Shown: positions 11,230 to 24,750 of the stretch, piece by piece
Layout of the letters: the number at the start of each line of letters is the position of its first letter
How positions within the stretch are numbered: position 1 is the stretch's first letter
NCBI GenBank assembly: GCA_036172245.1
Contig: JAYWIR010000016.1
Coordinates: 496,001-560,000, forward strand
From: Raillietiella orientalis
Taxonomy: Eukaryota
Reading direction: 5' to 3'
Length of the DNA stretch: 64,000 nt
The notes under the pieces: generated by a model
Databases searched by the model: none
Told to the model about the DNA's origin: nothing
Seen by the model: only the letters and a program-made list of their open reading frames with translations
Program-made: the position numbers and the translations under genes

Positions 11230-11650
11230 CACTCGGGCTTAAGTGTTTTCGATGAAGTGGCTGCAGACCTCAGATCCCGAAATGCGTGAACCAGTGACCG
11301 CGACGGCCGGAGGCTTCCTCGCGTTCACCGTCAGCGCTTCCCTGGAAACAAAGAAACTCCGCCAGCAAAGCTCACGGGAATGCCAACAGGTCGACGAAGC
11401 GGCCGCAGCAGAGGACTGGAATCGGAGGCTCGACAAACGCGAACCACGGGCTGCCTTGACCTTTTCGTGCGTTTCCCGGATGACCACGCACCCAACTCAA
11501 ACAAACCCTATAAACTTCCCGTCTCCGGGAGACGAATGTTTTGATTTGTCTGTGCGGGTGGGATGGGATTTTCGAGGGCGGGGACATCCGGACCTTCCAT
11601 ACAACGCCTTGCCGCACGTTTTCGACTGCGGGTTTGCTTATGTGAGAAAA
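11230..11650 (-). mobile_element. R2-like CCHC/RLE remnant
   Basis: VWKVRM, PET, IRETHEKV, WFAFVEPPIP..GRFVDLLA (cf. W..EP.I...PDL). Confidence 0.45.
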
Positions 11651-12499
11651 TAAACACGCGCTCCGCACGCAAGTGAAAGAACGGGAGCATGCACTGGAGA
11701 GAGAGGGGAGGGAAGGGGGAGGGAAGGAGGAGCTCATGTGAAAGGACTTCCGCTGGCACTGGCACCACAAAGATGAGGACGGTTTTACCTGGCAAACACG
11801 TGCCTTTTTCTCCAGCCGCTATCCGAAAGTGAGAACAGCGCTAGGGGCGAGCGCGTGTTGGGAGGTCTCCGCGAGATTTCGGAGGCAGCCTCCTCGCACC
11901 ATTGTCTTCCAGAGGCACAAGAGCTGGATGAGGGAAGATCGGCCACTGCTTATTTTCGCTCCCGTTTCTATTTTACGCCTCCCTCCTCCCCCACGAGGAT
12001 GCGCGCTTGCTGGAGTCACCGAGTGGAAAGCTCGCACCGTGCCCCGTGGATCTGCCCCGGGGCACATCCTCCGTCCCGATCCCCTCTTCCGATGCGAAGG
12101 TTCACGACAGTTCCCTCTCGGAGGGAGCTCGGATTCACCGTCGCACTGCCGGAAAGTCCCTGTCGAGCTCCGCGAAACAGCTGGGAAGGTTGCACTGCTC
12201 CCCCCTCCTAGCGGCCGGCCGTGGAACGAACACCTCGGATGAAGACGGCGAAGCGAGGCACCTCCGGTAATCGAAGGTCCTAGGGAGCCACTCGACTCCC
12301 TCCCCCTCGATCCCAGCGACCTGTTCTGAACATTCCTTCCTTCCCGAATCCCAAAGATAAGGCGCCGCGAGCCTCCTTTCTTTTCTCTTTCGCAGCGCCC
12401 GCCTTTCGCACTTGTTGAGGCAAATGTTTCCAGGGAAGGTAATTAATCAAGGTGTAGTTCCTTCTCAAGAGAACACGGAAGGAAATTATCTCACCGTAC

Positions 12500-14620
12500 T
12501 GGAACCAGAGGGATCACAGTGAAGATTGACGTGTTTCTGTGCGAGCTGCAGTCCCCTAGATTTATTGCGTCCTCCTGTTGCTGTCGTGGTAAATCGCGAA
12601 ATGTTAATCTCCTTTTTGTAAGCGCGCGCGGAACGCCAGAAAGGATCCTTTTGACTCTTGGAATCGCTGACTTCCTCACTCCATCCTTCACGGCATCCCT
12701 GCCCAGCCAACTCGCTTCACTGCAGCCAGCGCCATCCCCGTGATTAACGGCTCGTGTCTTTCGAGCTGACAGCTCCTTGGCGACGCGGTGCAGCGACCAG
12801 CGGAGAAAAACGTTTCTCTCTGCATTGAGTCGTTGGGGGAGAGCCCTCGATTGGTCCAAGTTCCTCCGGTGGATGCTCTTGGAACTGCCCGGAATGCTGG
12901 AAACCCCGATTCTTCTCTCTCTGGTGTGTGTTTTTCCGTCGCCGCCGACCAACCGCCGATCACTTCCCGATCTCGCGGAGGGAGGTAGGGAAGGAGAGGG
13001 GAACAGCTCACCCGTGGCACGCGAGCGAGCCAAGTGTCGGCGGCGACTTCAGGCTCCTTCCCAGGCGTCTGTCGGTTGGCGCCAATGCAAGTGGAGCGAT
13101 GACCGTGGTCGCGGTGTGCGTGTGAGAGAGACAAGGGGCGGGGGGGAGGATCGCAGCTTAACCGGTGGACCCGAACATCGCCCACTCCAGAGGGGACGCG
13201 CTCTGAGGAGGGCAGATCACTGGGGACGCTCTCCAGTCTGCCATTCGCTCCCTCAAGGAGACGCGACCGCTTTCCATTGAGCGGGAAGCCGCGTCCCGCA
13301 AGGTACACGAGCAGGGTTCGGAGACGACCTGGAAGGAGCGCAGGAATGCGATGAGATGATGTTTCCAGGCTCTGCCGGATTGTTCTGCCCCGCGTGCACA
13401 CGTCTGATCCTCCGCGCTTGAAATATGATGATTGATCGCTGGGCAAGCCGATCCTCTGCAGCCATCCCTCGCACACTGGTGTGCCTTCAGATTTCCGCCT
13501 TCCAGCAGGAAAGGCAAAGAAGTGAAAGATGAAAGGCCTCCACAGGGCTGACACATTCATCCGAGGGGTCTCTCTGGACCCTGGCGAGTGGTTTCCTGCA
13601 GGCGTCCTTGACTGCATCATCGATGACTAGAGAGACCCTGCAAAGGGAACATCTGAGATTCGGTGGAGGCGAAGAAAGTCTCGTGCTTTCGAACTGGGTA
13701 TCCCGGAAACGGAATCCCTTTCAGGATTTCTTTCTCCTCTCTCCCTGGAACAGTCGATCTTTGGAGATGCTCTTCACTAATGCTGCGCCTCTTCTAGACG
13801 ATTCCTGCTGTTCCAGGGAGAAAAAGGATGGTCAAATAGTCATTTGGTAGTTGAGCAGCGTCTTTGTGAAGCGAAAATCTGGAGCCAGATTTAGTGCCTG
13901 ACCCTTGGGGCCACACCCTCGAGCCGCCACGTGAACTGTAAATTAACAGCGAAAACTCTGCTGCTGTTCAACACAGCAGCTGCCTGAAAGACACATAGAA
14001 CACCTTCTGCCAATGTCTCCAAGCAGTCACAGAGATGTTTTTCGTCTTTGTCGTGTGGGACCGGATCGGCTCTTGAAGCTGCGAGCACAACGTGACGCTG
14101 GAGGAGGCAGAGTTTGTACCGCATGCTGCCGTTTCCTTTTTACATGGGGAGGGAAGGGGGCGAATAAGTGTTTATTTTCCCAGGGGATCGTGAAGGCGGT
14201 CGAGTGGGTTCCCCTGGCGTCGGCTTCTCCCGCGGGAGACGCTGGCGCCGGACGCCGGGGTGCGCGGCGTCTTCTCCTCCACCTCTTACTGTGACAGCGG
14301 CGCCGACGAGCGCTTGGAAGCCGCCGACCGGTTTCTGCTTCAGGGCCAGATTAGCCCTCAGCTGATCTAGCCCTGATCTGCATCTTCCTTTAGGCATCCT
14401 GGAGATTCCTTTCGAATGTGCCTTGCAACGGGGGCCAAAGAGTGTGGAGAGGGCATGCCCTCAGGGCACAATGCTTACGAAGCCGGACCGTCCATCCAGG
14501 AAATCCTGCCTTCACGAGATCGTGGAATCGATTTCTGTTTCTGCTTTCTGCTGGTGGATCACCTTCCTTTCGTCTTCTCCTGGTTTTCGGGCATCTCATC
14601 TTGCAATTATGCATCCTCTG
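12500..14620 (-). mobile_element. Interrupted R2-like element (pre-RT region to RLE)
   Basis: RRRRK..QDFLDG (~14500), LHKDAAQLPNDYLTI (~13850), LRTLLVYLAGRGFPLNGKRS (cf. GL.LNPKKC), RHEPLITGMALAAVKRVGW (~12730). Two GC-rich interruptions. Confidence 0.6.
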
Positions 14621-16499
14621 CGATGATCAAAACAGACGCCCAGTGGGCGCGACGGTACTCCTCGTTGAGCCGCTCACTTCGTTGGCTGATCTTTCGAGTT
14701 TGCAGTTGTCCGGCCACGAGTCGCTCCCGGCAGCTCTCAGGCTGCTGTCTTGTCGATCAAACTGCTCAGCGGATGATTCTCTGCAACTCCAGGGTGACCT
14801 TGGGGAAGCCTCCGCGGCTGGAAATCGCTTTCGATCCCCTTTTCTTCCTAGAGTGGAAGAACTTTCTTTCACTGAGCCTGTTTGTCCCCGAGCAAAGAGA
14901 GGAGACGGAAAGAAGAACGATGCAGAATCAGATGAGCGGATGCTCACTCCGAGGCAGTATTGGGACTCTTTTAGAAACGAAACTGATTTCAGCCAGGCAT
15001 CTACTGCCTGTAACCCTGAGCATTCGGGGCCCAGCTCTACCTACAGGCACGAATGAGGAGGAAACCCATCAAAGTGGGGATCACGATTTCCTTAAAACGC
15101 AATGATGTGCCATGCTGACGTAACCGCACAGTCCCTAGGTTCAGCATATGTAGATGCTTCTGGAAACTCTTCCTGCCGCTGGACCATACACGAAGACCGC
15201 CCCCAGACATGATCTCGTAGAACCTTGGTGGTGATCACATCGTGAGGATTGCTTGGCTTGCGTCCTCCGGGTACCGAGCATGCGTTGTACCTGCTCCTGA
15301 ACACCGTTCTTCGCAGACTCCAAGTCCGTTGCAGAGCTGAACGGCGACGGACGCTGACGGAGGGGTGGTTCCGGGGCAGACTTCGAGACGAGGGAGGTTC
15401 GGGATCTTCCCATCTTCCTTGCAGCAGGCGTCGCAGGTCTTGTCTCGCGAATGCTACATCCTGGCGAAAAACCAGAGAGACTGCTTGTTGCCAGGCACTG
15501 TCGTTGTCTACTCCGAACTGTCCGGCCAATTCAGGAAGAATGCCGTGCACGTTTCCTCGAGCACATGAAACTGAAGTGCCGCGTTCACGCAGCGTCTTCC
15601 GTGTGCAACGGAAGCACCGACTGGCGAAGGCCCAGCCCGACTTGTCAACCCGCTGCATCCCGCATGCGCAAATATGTCCTCCTGGAATGCGGATGGCGCG
15701 GAGTGGGTAAAAAATTACTTGCGCTCCGCCTTGCTCCGAGCCGCCGCGCATCTCCTACGAAGAAGCATCCGAAAACGAGACTCGAGAGGTGAAAAGGAAT
15801 GGCATTTTTGAAAAACCGCTCCCTTTGCTGCCATGAATCACTAATCCCGCCTAATTGCCGGTCACCGTTTTCCATACCCTTTGCATCTCTTTGTGACTAC
15901 GAGAGATGAAAGAAATGCTCCGGGGCATTGGCATTTAAGGAACAAGGAGCAAGGGAAACATGAAGGTAGAGAACACCCCTGCGTTGAACTACCTTTACTA
16001 GGGACACAAATGCCGGATTCTCAAGCCGATACAGTAGATGATGAATGGAAAGGGAGGAGGGAGTGTTCTGATTCTTCGACCGTAAAAAAAAGCGTGAGGA
16101 ATGAATCTTCTCCTGAATGGACTTGCGCGGTCACGTTCCGCCGCCGACATTCAGGATCGTTGGGGGAGTGCACAGCTTTCAAAAATGGGAACACATCCAC
16201 CGAGGTGGGATGGCTGAAAGGTTTTCAAGTCGGCGCCGAGGCCGCTCCGGAGGATGCGATTTATTTAGCAGCGACCACTCGTCCAGACCCCAGCAGTCAA
16301 CGACCCCCATGCGCCGGCGTCTTCTCGCCCACGATTTGAGGTCCCGGGTTTTTCAGAGCCTCTTTCCGGGCAAGCAGCCCTTTTCTACAAACACCACCCT
16401 CGGCTCTCCAAACTTCGACACCTCTGGCTTGCCTTCCCTAGTGGTTGTTCCCACCACTACTATCCCATCGTTTTTGACGTTAACATCGCTGTCAGATCG

Positions 16500-17400
16500 T
16501 TTCCTCATCACTTCTTTTCCTTTTGCTCCGAAGCCATCCAAAATGGGCCCAGCGAGAGAACGCCACTTGGAACTTGTTCCACGTGTTTCTAAAACCCACC
16601 CTCTTCTGAGCTGTCGCCAGTAAGATCTGATAACAGAAGAGGAGAGGACTCTTGGTTTTGATCGCAGAGCATGGACTGGGTGAGGGAGCCCAACGCCGCG
16701 TAGGGCTGCTTGCCGAGCAAAACCCACCCCTGGGAATGGGTTGGATGCACGCCGGGACAGCTTTCGCTGAGGAAGGATTCCAGATTGCGCACAGATTGGA
16801 CTTGGATCACAGAAGAGACGGGCGGCGAAGATGTCGTCGGGTGACCATGGCACCGCGAAAGCACCGAATTACTCGCAGTCCTACATTTCGGTGGATTGAG
16901 ATAAATTGAGATAAAGATCGAAAGTCTCCATCGCATCACAAATCAAGCAGTTTGCCGGAATCCCGTTAGATGCAGTGATCGTCTTGAAGCTCCGAAGTCC
17001 GAGTCTTCCTTTTAGGGAACCGGATTACCGTTTCTCTCGAAAAGAATCGATGTGGATCATGGAAAAACAAAACAAAACAAAACACGCATCCAAAAACTTC
17101 ACTTAGAAGTTCGTGTACAGCTGCCAAGTGTTTTGGATAGCACTTGGGCCGAGTTGGGCTCAGTAAGCAGATCAAGGCGCGAGAGAGGGGGTGCAACTTG
17201 CTCCGCCCTCACGATTCAGTGATCCGGAAGCACCCCCGTGACTGTCTTTTCCCAAGCGCGCATTCCTGCCACTCGAAGCAGGAATGATTCCTCTTGGAGT
17301 CAAGGGTCGGTCTTCCCAACTGGCTGCTGGCAACCGGGTTGAGCGCAGTACTGCGTAACACCTCGGTTCTCCCCCCCTCTCCCGGAGGCCAGCCAAGAAC
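16500..17400 (-). mobile_element. Non-LTR RT remnant including the catalytic xxDD region
   Basis: EDRPLT, RQSRGCF, KHLAAVHELL, ELQDDHCI, SPDDIFAA (16830-16841), NLESFLSE...VHPTHS, in order. Confidence 0.6.
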
Positions 17401-17749
17401 CACTCCGATTGCTCGCTTGCATGCTTTTCTGGCTGATCCCCACGAAATAATGGATCTGCCGTTCTCCCACATGGGGACAGGGGGATCCTCCCACCTTTGC
17501 CAAATCAGAGCTCCTGCTGAAGAGACGGGCAGCCCAGGTAAGAGGGAAACATCTGCCTCTCAAATGGAGTGAATCTCGGTTCTTTGTAAATCGATCTGGG
17601 AAGCTTCACAAAGGCGGGCAGGGAGAGACCGGAGCGGAGCTGGAACACTCGCCGGTGAAAGGAGATCTGTGGAAGAATGCCAGCTCGGGAACGTGAATGC
17701 GGCCGAGGGATGATTCGATTCATCTTGCCTTTGTGCTCCTGATACAGCT

Positions 17750-18400
17750 TATTTACAAGGGCAGTCGGTGCTCGCTGCGAGCCGTTTCCGAGTCACCCGT
17801 CGTGAAACACTTGCGAACACTTTCATCCATCAGTGCTGAACGCGTTGAAATGGGAGAGGCCTGCAAGCAGCAGATGGGAGGGAGCCTGCCGCACATCTCG
17901 CACGCTGCGTACCGAGCAGCAAACGGGGGAGAGGATGAACCTGCAATGCAAGGAAAGAGAGGGAAGGTGCTTGGAGTCCCCTAAGAAAGGATGGAGGTAG
18001 AAGAAAATTCAAAGCGTCGAGAGGTCGAGGGGATTCGATGGTTTCACGAAAGCCGCCGTCTGTGCTGAGGTCGTTGAGGCATCGCAAGGACTCTCTCGTT
18101 GCAATGGCGCAGCTTCCGGAGCTGTGCCAACAGCCGAGGAAAGCAGCAGCATTCCTGCTCTGCTCCGTTCGGCGCACCAGTGACGTTCAGTTGGTGCTCA
18201 GCGGAACCTTCTGTCGGAGATCAGCAGCCGCCGCAGCTCAGAGAATACAAGCATACACGAGGATCCCAAAGCCTGAAAATGTTCCCGTACCTTCTGCTCC
18301 ACGTGGACAAGAGGCCGTTTCTCAAGAGTGAGGCAATTTGCGCCCCCCATGGAACGGTCCATGAAGCAGATGCTAAAGAACAGCAGATTTCCTTTAACGT
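17750..18400 (+). mobile_element. R2-like CCHC/RLE remnant
   Basis: CKQQMGGSLPHISH, then SDVQLVLSG...AAAAQRIQAY (cf. DVQVV....AH..K..KY). Confidence 0.5.
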
Positions 18401-18419
18401 AAGCTCTTCTAGCTCAGAT

Positions 18420-19000
18420 CCTACGGGGAAGCGGCGACGGAGGAGGCGAGAACAGCAGAGAAGAGAATTCGATGCCGTTCCTGGAGGGGACGCACAGAAG
18501 TTTTGCCTGCGGTGCCTCATTCGTTCGCGGGGCTTCGTCATCGGAAGATGGAAGGCGCGGTTGGGAGAAGAAAACAACGCTGCACCTGGCACGATTTCAC
18601 AGGCAGAATGACCGCCGAGAGAATTGACCGCTTGGTGAATCCAATATGCCCCTTGGTTTCAGCAATGCTGGGATCACCTTGACGACGAACGGGATCTTCC
18701 GTGAAACAATGAATCCGAGAAAAGAATCGGGGATTTATTCCCGATCTGCGAAGCGGGAACCTCCTTCTAGACAAGAGATGTGCCCATTCGGGACGAGTGT
18801 GAGAGAGCCCTTGAGGGATTTCTCCTGATGCCCGATGAAAGATACGGGAGAGTATCTTTTCCAGATGCTGCAGCGGCCGTTCCGATGGTGTGGGGCGAGG
18901 CAGAAGACCTCATCCCAGATTTGAGGGACTTGTATTTTAAGTTAACAAGCAGAATAAGGATTCCATCCAAAAAGGGTCACATCTGCCCGAAACGAAAGGA
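18420..19000 (+). mobile_element. R2-like pre-RT/RT N-terminal remnant
   Basis: KRRRRRREQQRREFDAV..QKFCLRC (cf. RR.EYARVQ), QCWDHL, LFPICE, GFLLMPDERYGRVSFP. Confidence 0.5.
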
Positions 19001-20939
19001 TTGAGGGTGAAGAGCAAATCCCGTACTCACGATGAGACGGGACTGGAAACCTACTGGAGAAAAAACCCGGGAATGAGGACCGACAAAGTAAATAAATAGG
19101 GGTGGAAGAATGCATCGGTGTCACCGTGAGGGCATTCTTCCCGACAGCCTTATATTAGTCAGGAACGGACGAAGAGGAGCCAGGATACCGTTGATGCGAG
19201 AGCTCGTGATTGGTAGAGCCAGTTGGTGACGACTTGCAGCCTTCACGTTTGCTCCCAAAGCCCTTTGATTTCGCATTGGACCTCTTTGCACGAGGGCAGT
19301 GGCGAACCAAGAGCGGTTCTCTTGGACGCTGCCTCACTCTCTGCTTCCGGAGACTGCGGCGGGAGGGCAGGGGAAATTGGTGTGCACTGAAAAGGAGGCT
19401 CGCGCCCCCTCTGACACATTGATTGATGACGCCTTTGCGATTCTTCTAGTCTCATTCGCTTACTCTGGCGGTCTTCCGCTCCGTTGCGCTCCATTCGTTT
19501 TCGATCGGGGATTCCCGGCCGTGACCAGCGACGCTTCCCTTATTAAGATTTCCGTGCTGGCAGGATGGATTGCAGTTCCAAAGCGACCGCTAGCGGCCAC
19601 AACCGCGAGTGCTCCGCTCGAAGAGCGTCTCTCGTTGACGGCGATGCCTGCTATCCCCCTGTGAAAGAAACGAAACAGCGAATGACCCCTGATACGAGAA
19701 TCTCCTTCTGACTTTCGTCCCGGAAGAGAATCAGGAAGACAGACCTTCCGGAAAAGGAAGCCGAATGGTGAAAAGACATCGAGAAAGCACGCACGAAAGG
19801 GGAACCCAGCTGCAAGGAGGTCACATGGGTCGGGAATTTCCCTCGAGTTTCCCAAGACTTCCCCTTCCTTCCCAAGGACTCGAGAACTTGGCTTTTTCCT
19901 CGTTTCCTGCTTCCAGAAACTCACCCGAAACCCATCAGCAAAATCCCGTCTCCAATACGATCTTCCTTTCCGCCAGCACGTCTGCTGGGAGCGTCTCCCT
20001 GACGCCGCGGCCTGGCTCGCGGCGGACGGCGGGAGACTGCGGGGGAGATCGCAGACGCACGATCGAGCATCCCGCTGCAGCCACATCCCAGCCGCTCACC
20101 TCCGTGGTGCGCATGCCACGCGGAGTCCCGGAGTTCCGTCTTCCCCGCAGCGCGCAGGCAGGTTGCTTCTCTCCCGACGGGAGGGAGGGTTGAACCGGGC
20201 GGAACACCCGCTCTTTCGACGTCTTCAGCCTCCGGGATGCGGCATCCAGCTGCAGCCCGTCTTGAACACGCGGTACTCGTCGCCGAGCAACAGAACTCTT
20301 TCCGCCTGAGTGCTCACGCCGTCGCCTCGCCTCTGCCGGCAGTCTCATCTTCCTGGCCCGCCTCGAAACCTCCCACGGAAACACCTCAGCGCACCGTCGA
20401 ACTCGCGCGTTCGTGCCTTTTTCTCGCCCGCGTACGGAGGAGGGCAGCTTTCGTCTTCCTGGAGGTCGTTTTCGAGGAGCTTCCACGCCCCTCAGTTCTT
20501 CTCAGTCTCTGGGACACGCCCGGACTTCGGATTCGGAAGCGATTCCGACCCGCGCGCACGGAAGAGCCCCACGGTGGAAGCGGCGGCGTCGACGACTCCC
20601 TCGACCTGGAGTCCGTCCGCAGCGCCGGGCGAGCGTCGTCGTCTCTCACGCGGACGCGCACCAATGAAAGATGCCGCGCCTCCGAATCGGCGTCGGTGGA
20701 CGACCTATCGACCCGTCTGCAAAGATCCGCATCTTGGGAGCGGACGCTCCTCGTTACGGCCCCGGCCGCGGCCGTCCTTTCGCCGCAAGAGGGGACGGCC
20801 CGACGAGCGAGGCATTCACGTTGCTCGTCCTCTCTTGGTCTCGTACGACCACACGCGGCCGCTCCGGGCCCCCTTCTTCCTCCCCTTCCCCCCTCACCCT
20901 CCTTCCTCGTTCGAAACGCTGCGGAGAAACGTCCTCTTG

Positions 20940-21583
20940 CCCTGGAGGGGGCGAACACTGGATGCGGTGGATCTTCGCTCGAGGGGCGGTCGGCCCAACA
21001 TCCCATAGCGAGACGGGGAGAGTCGTCTGCTCGCGTCCTCGGTGCCACCTGCAAGCACCCCGGATGTGCACGACCGGGGAAGCACCTCGGTGGCAGCGGA
21101 GCGTGGCGCGCCCGCTTCGGGGCGAGCACTGGAAACCCGAGGCGAGCACACGGCGCGGTGCCGAGGGAGCCAAAGCCAGACCCTTCCGAGCGAAAGCGGG
21201 CCACTTCGGAAGAGAAACGGTCCGAAGGCTGGGCCACCGACTGGTGCAGGAGACATCCTGAGGACCACAATCCCGGTGTGGAGGAGGGCTGGGCGGTGCG
21301 GGGTGACTCCAAGGTGGAAACGGCAGGCGGTCCCCACTGCCGCGGATCGCATGCTCCACAAACATGCGCTGCAGTCAGCGAGAGAGCGAATGAAGTGTCG
21401 CCGTGCAAGACAGGTCGAATTGGGGGGGGGGTCGCTTCCAGGTGGACGTCGCAAGCGCTGGGTTGCTTCCACAAGCTGTGTCCTGCTGTAGGGCTGGTCA
21501 CGCAAGCATATCGCTCACACGTGATTCAAGTTCTTTCCAATTTGTCATCATCGCAGCCTTTTTACCTTCGTGTTCTCTTTTAG
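20940..21583 (+). mobile_element. R2-like C-terminal remnant within a CpG-rich block
   Basis: CKHPGC, CRRH...EEGWAVRGDSKVETAGG (cf. RH...GW.V..EP.I.T..G), GGVASRWTSQAL, YRSHVI. Confidence 0.5.
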
Positions 21584-23049
21584 GGTGAGATGATGTTTGG
21601 GTAAGAGACGGGACTCTTCTTCTTCGGGTGTACGGCACTTCGCCTCTGTTTTCCTTCCCAGGTCTCCCCGTTTCAGGGTGATCTTCGAGGGAGCAGAGTT
21701 CGACAAAGATGGCAATTCAGACTGCTTTCTCTCTTCTTCCCGACTGAGTGACACGAGAGACACACAGTGCTCTCTCCACGGTGGGAAAAGTAAAAGAATT
21801 CGTGGCGTCTACTGCCTTTTTTTTTTTGTTTTTTTCCAGGGCGTTGAATTCCTCGGGACACTTCTCGGCCTGGCGGTTCTATCCGCACTGAGCTCGGGAC
21901 GTGGGGAAGGGAAATGACGTTACGGAGGTTTCCTTTCCAAGGGGAGGTCGCTTCCTCCCGCGATAGCCTTCCCTTGGGAAGAAAATGTCGCCCTGTGGAC
22001 ACGATCAGTTTCATTCGCTAAGGAATGTTTTCTTCGGATGAGGGGGAGTTGAGCGCCACATGCTGGGAGTGGGCATCGGAAAATGCGCTCCTACGGGGAT
22101 GCTGATTTTATGCGGGGCTGATCTCACTTTGGTGGATTTCTCCACGTGGGGTCATCATCATTAAAACATCCTGCTCGGTCTTCCCACTTTGACTCTGAGT
22201 GCTCGTTTGGAGGCGGGCTATGCATTGGAGGCGAGTGGAGACCGGTGAAAACATCTCCGTCTCGACTGGGCTTCGTACCCAGCCCTTCCCATGAGACTTC
22301 CGGATTCGTCCGGGGCATTCAGGAAAGCCTCGTCACAAGGGAAAGCCCTCGTGCAGCGAGCACCGAGACCCCGTCTCGAGCTGGAGAGTTCTTAAAAAGA
22401 GATGCGGCGCTTGCGAGCGACCGAACCCGTGTCGCATCTTCAGCTGGACCGGAAGCTTACATCTCTGTGAACGGCTTCCTCCCTAGGGTTTTCGTATCTC
22501 TACAGCGAGACGAGGAATCTGCGAAGAAGGTTACTCCAGCTGAACGGACTGGCTACAGCCACGTCCCCAGCCTCCGTGAGCCCATGTTTGTGGAGCCATG
22601 CTAGCGAGTCAGCGGATGGAAGAAGAATAGACAGATATACGAGCGAGGTCGCAGTCCTAGCAGTCTATATGTCCCGGGGGCAAAAATCACTCGATTCACT
22701 CATGCACTCAATGGGGAAGCAATCTGTGACAACCCCTCCTCCCTCGTCCTGCCAAACGTCTTATTATTTTATTGTATTCATTGCCCTTTCTCTCTAACGC
22801 TTCTTAGTTGACTCCTGACCGTGCATCAGGAAGGAGGTCTTCCGAGGACTGGACTCTTAAGGAAGAGAACTTCCCACTACTTCGTTCGTTTACGTGTATG
22901 TTCAATAAACATGTAAACATGTTATGTATGACATGTCCTTGTGTGACCTGCCAAACTGCAGTGTCGCATCATTGGTCCACAAAAGAAATGAAATTTTCCA
23001 ATAAGTATTTTGCTGGTGCGAAATGGGGGACGAAACCTCACTGGGGACA

Positions 23050-23600
23050 GTGCTGCGGAGGGAGGGGAGAGTGATCCGGCTATTATCAGGGAATCGCCAT
23101 TCCCACTTCCTTCAGCGCCATCTTTGCAAGATCACAAAAAGTTTCTGTAACTTGGGCAAGGGAAGGCGGCGGTTTGAATTTTCCCTTCAGTCCGGCAGAT
23201 GGGGCGTGCCATTCTCGTTTCACTGAGATTGGCTCACGGGAAGGGAGACCTTGCCTTCGTGGTCCTTCTACCTGGAAATAAGACAAGAGCCCTCTCCTTG
23301 AAGAAGGATCATGGAAGCCTTATTCACGAGCAGGCCTTATTCACAGACTTATTCATTCGCTTGACGCTTTGGGTCGCCTCCTTCCGTTACTCTCTTGTAT
23401 ATAAACCTGAGAACAGGCTACGCTTAGATGCCCTCTCTCTGGTGGTCACTCCGCAGAGTTCAACAGGTTATCAGAAGACATCAGACAAGGATTCCACGCT
23501 TGACGGTGATCGGCAAGAGTTCTTTTTTTCTTCTTCTCCCTTCCTCACCTTCCAGGGAATCCCACGACGAATGTGGGACCAAGAGCTTTCTCCCAAGTCG
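23050..23600 (-). mobile_element. Non-LTR RT remnant
   Basis: LPITVKRGILV, DNLL..HLSVAC, GPRRQGLP, LKEVGMAI. Confidence 0.5.
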
Positions 23601-24479
23601 CGTCAACTTAAAATATGTGCGCTTCTCCAGACTCGGTTCTTCCCCTTGAAAATGCTCTTCGTCCCCTCTAACGAACCACTGTAACTCACAGCATCCCTAT
23701 CTGATTTACTGCAAGGACGTGACGTTCGGTGATTCAGCCACTTCCTCAGCGAAAAGATCGGAGATATCCTCGGTAGCCTTAGGCGTTCGATGAGAATGAA
23801 GCATTATACTTGATTTACTGGATGCTTTTGCAGCAGCCTCCCTCCCCACTTCCCGCACCTCCACGAGCTGGTAGGTTCTCTGCTCCATGGATCTGTAGCC
23901 CACTAAGAAAACACAATGTCAAGTCTGCTCTAGGAAACTCCTTCCTCTTTCTCCTCCCCCTTCGCTCTTCAGTGGTCGCTTGCTGCTCAGCGAGTCCCCA
24001 GAGGGATGCGTTGGAAACGCCTCCTCGACACCACCACAGGGAGTGTCCGCGTAACTAACGAACGGAGTGCGTCGGCTTCCTGGGGTGCTGATCTCTTCGC
24101 CACTGCGTGGCGGTGGCCAAGCCGACAGTGTCATCTAGACGCTTTGCTTGTGACCTGCTTCGCTCTTTCGAGGGAAGACCTTTCGGAGGCATGCTCCAGG
24201 ACGGAGTTACGCATGCGTGCTCCGGCGCAGCCTCTTTTACCTGTCGTCAACGAAGCTGCCAATTGCCGCGCAGGTTGAACTTCTGCTCGAAAACTTGATG
24301 TTCGTCTTCTGAGGTCCTCTGAGTATCCTCTGAAGAGTCGCCACGCCACGCACCACCGTCAGCTCGGGAGGAATCTGCGTCCGTGAGATTCCCTCTACCT
24401 GGCTGTTGAGGGTCTGCTCAAGAATGCCGAAGAACGGAAAGAAAGAGAATTCAACTTTGATGGGATGTATGGATCTCTT

Positions 24480-24750
24480 GTGGTCACCATCACCGTTTCA
24501 GTTCCTCGATCCATCGATCTCTGCTTTTCTTTGTGGGTGGTGATGATCCCTGCGTTCCGTGAAGTTTGGTGAACTCTTGGTTTGCCGACCTCTTCGCGCT
24601 AGAATGTATCTATGAGTTCTTCCCCCTTTCTGGTTCATTCTTTCGACATGATGAGGAACGCACCAGCTGAAGAGCAGCATGGTAAGAAATAAAGCATTTC
24701 TGAAGCAACGGTCAAAACATTCCATCAGGTTCATGATGCCGTTTGTTGGT
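24480..24750 (-). mobile_element. Possible RT motif 3-4 remnant
   Basis: FDRCFRNAL...CVPHHV and ILARRGRQ. Confidence 0.35.

Noticed and set aside
20237..21583. 448-aa ORF and overlapping 371-aa antisense ORF
   Set aside because: R/A/S/P/G-rich, open in several frames because of high GC; only the 3' part has retroelement motifs.
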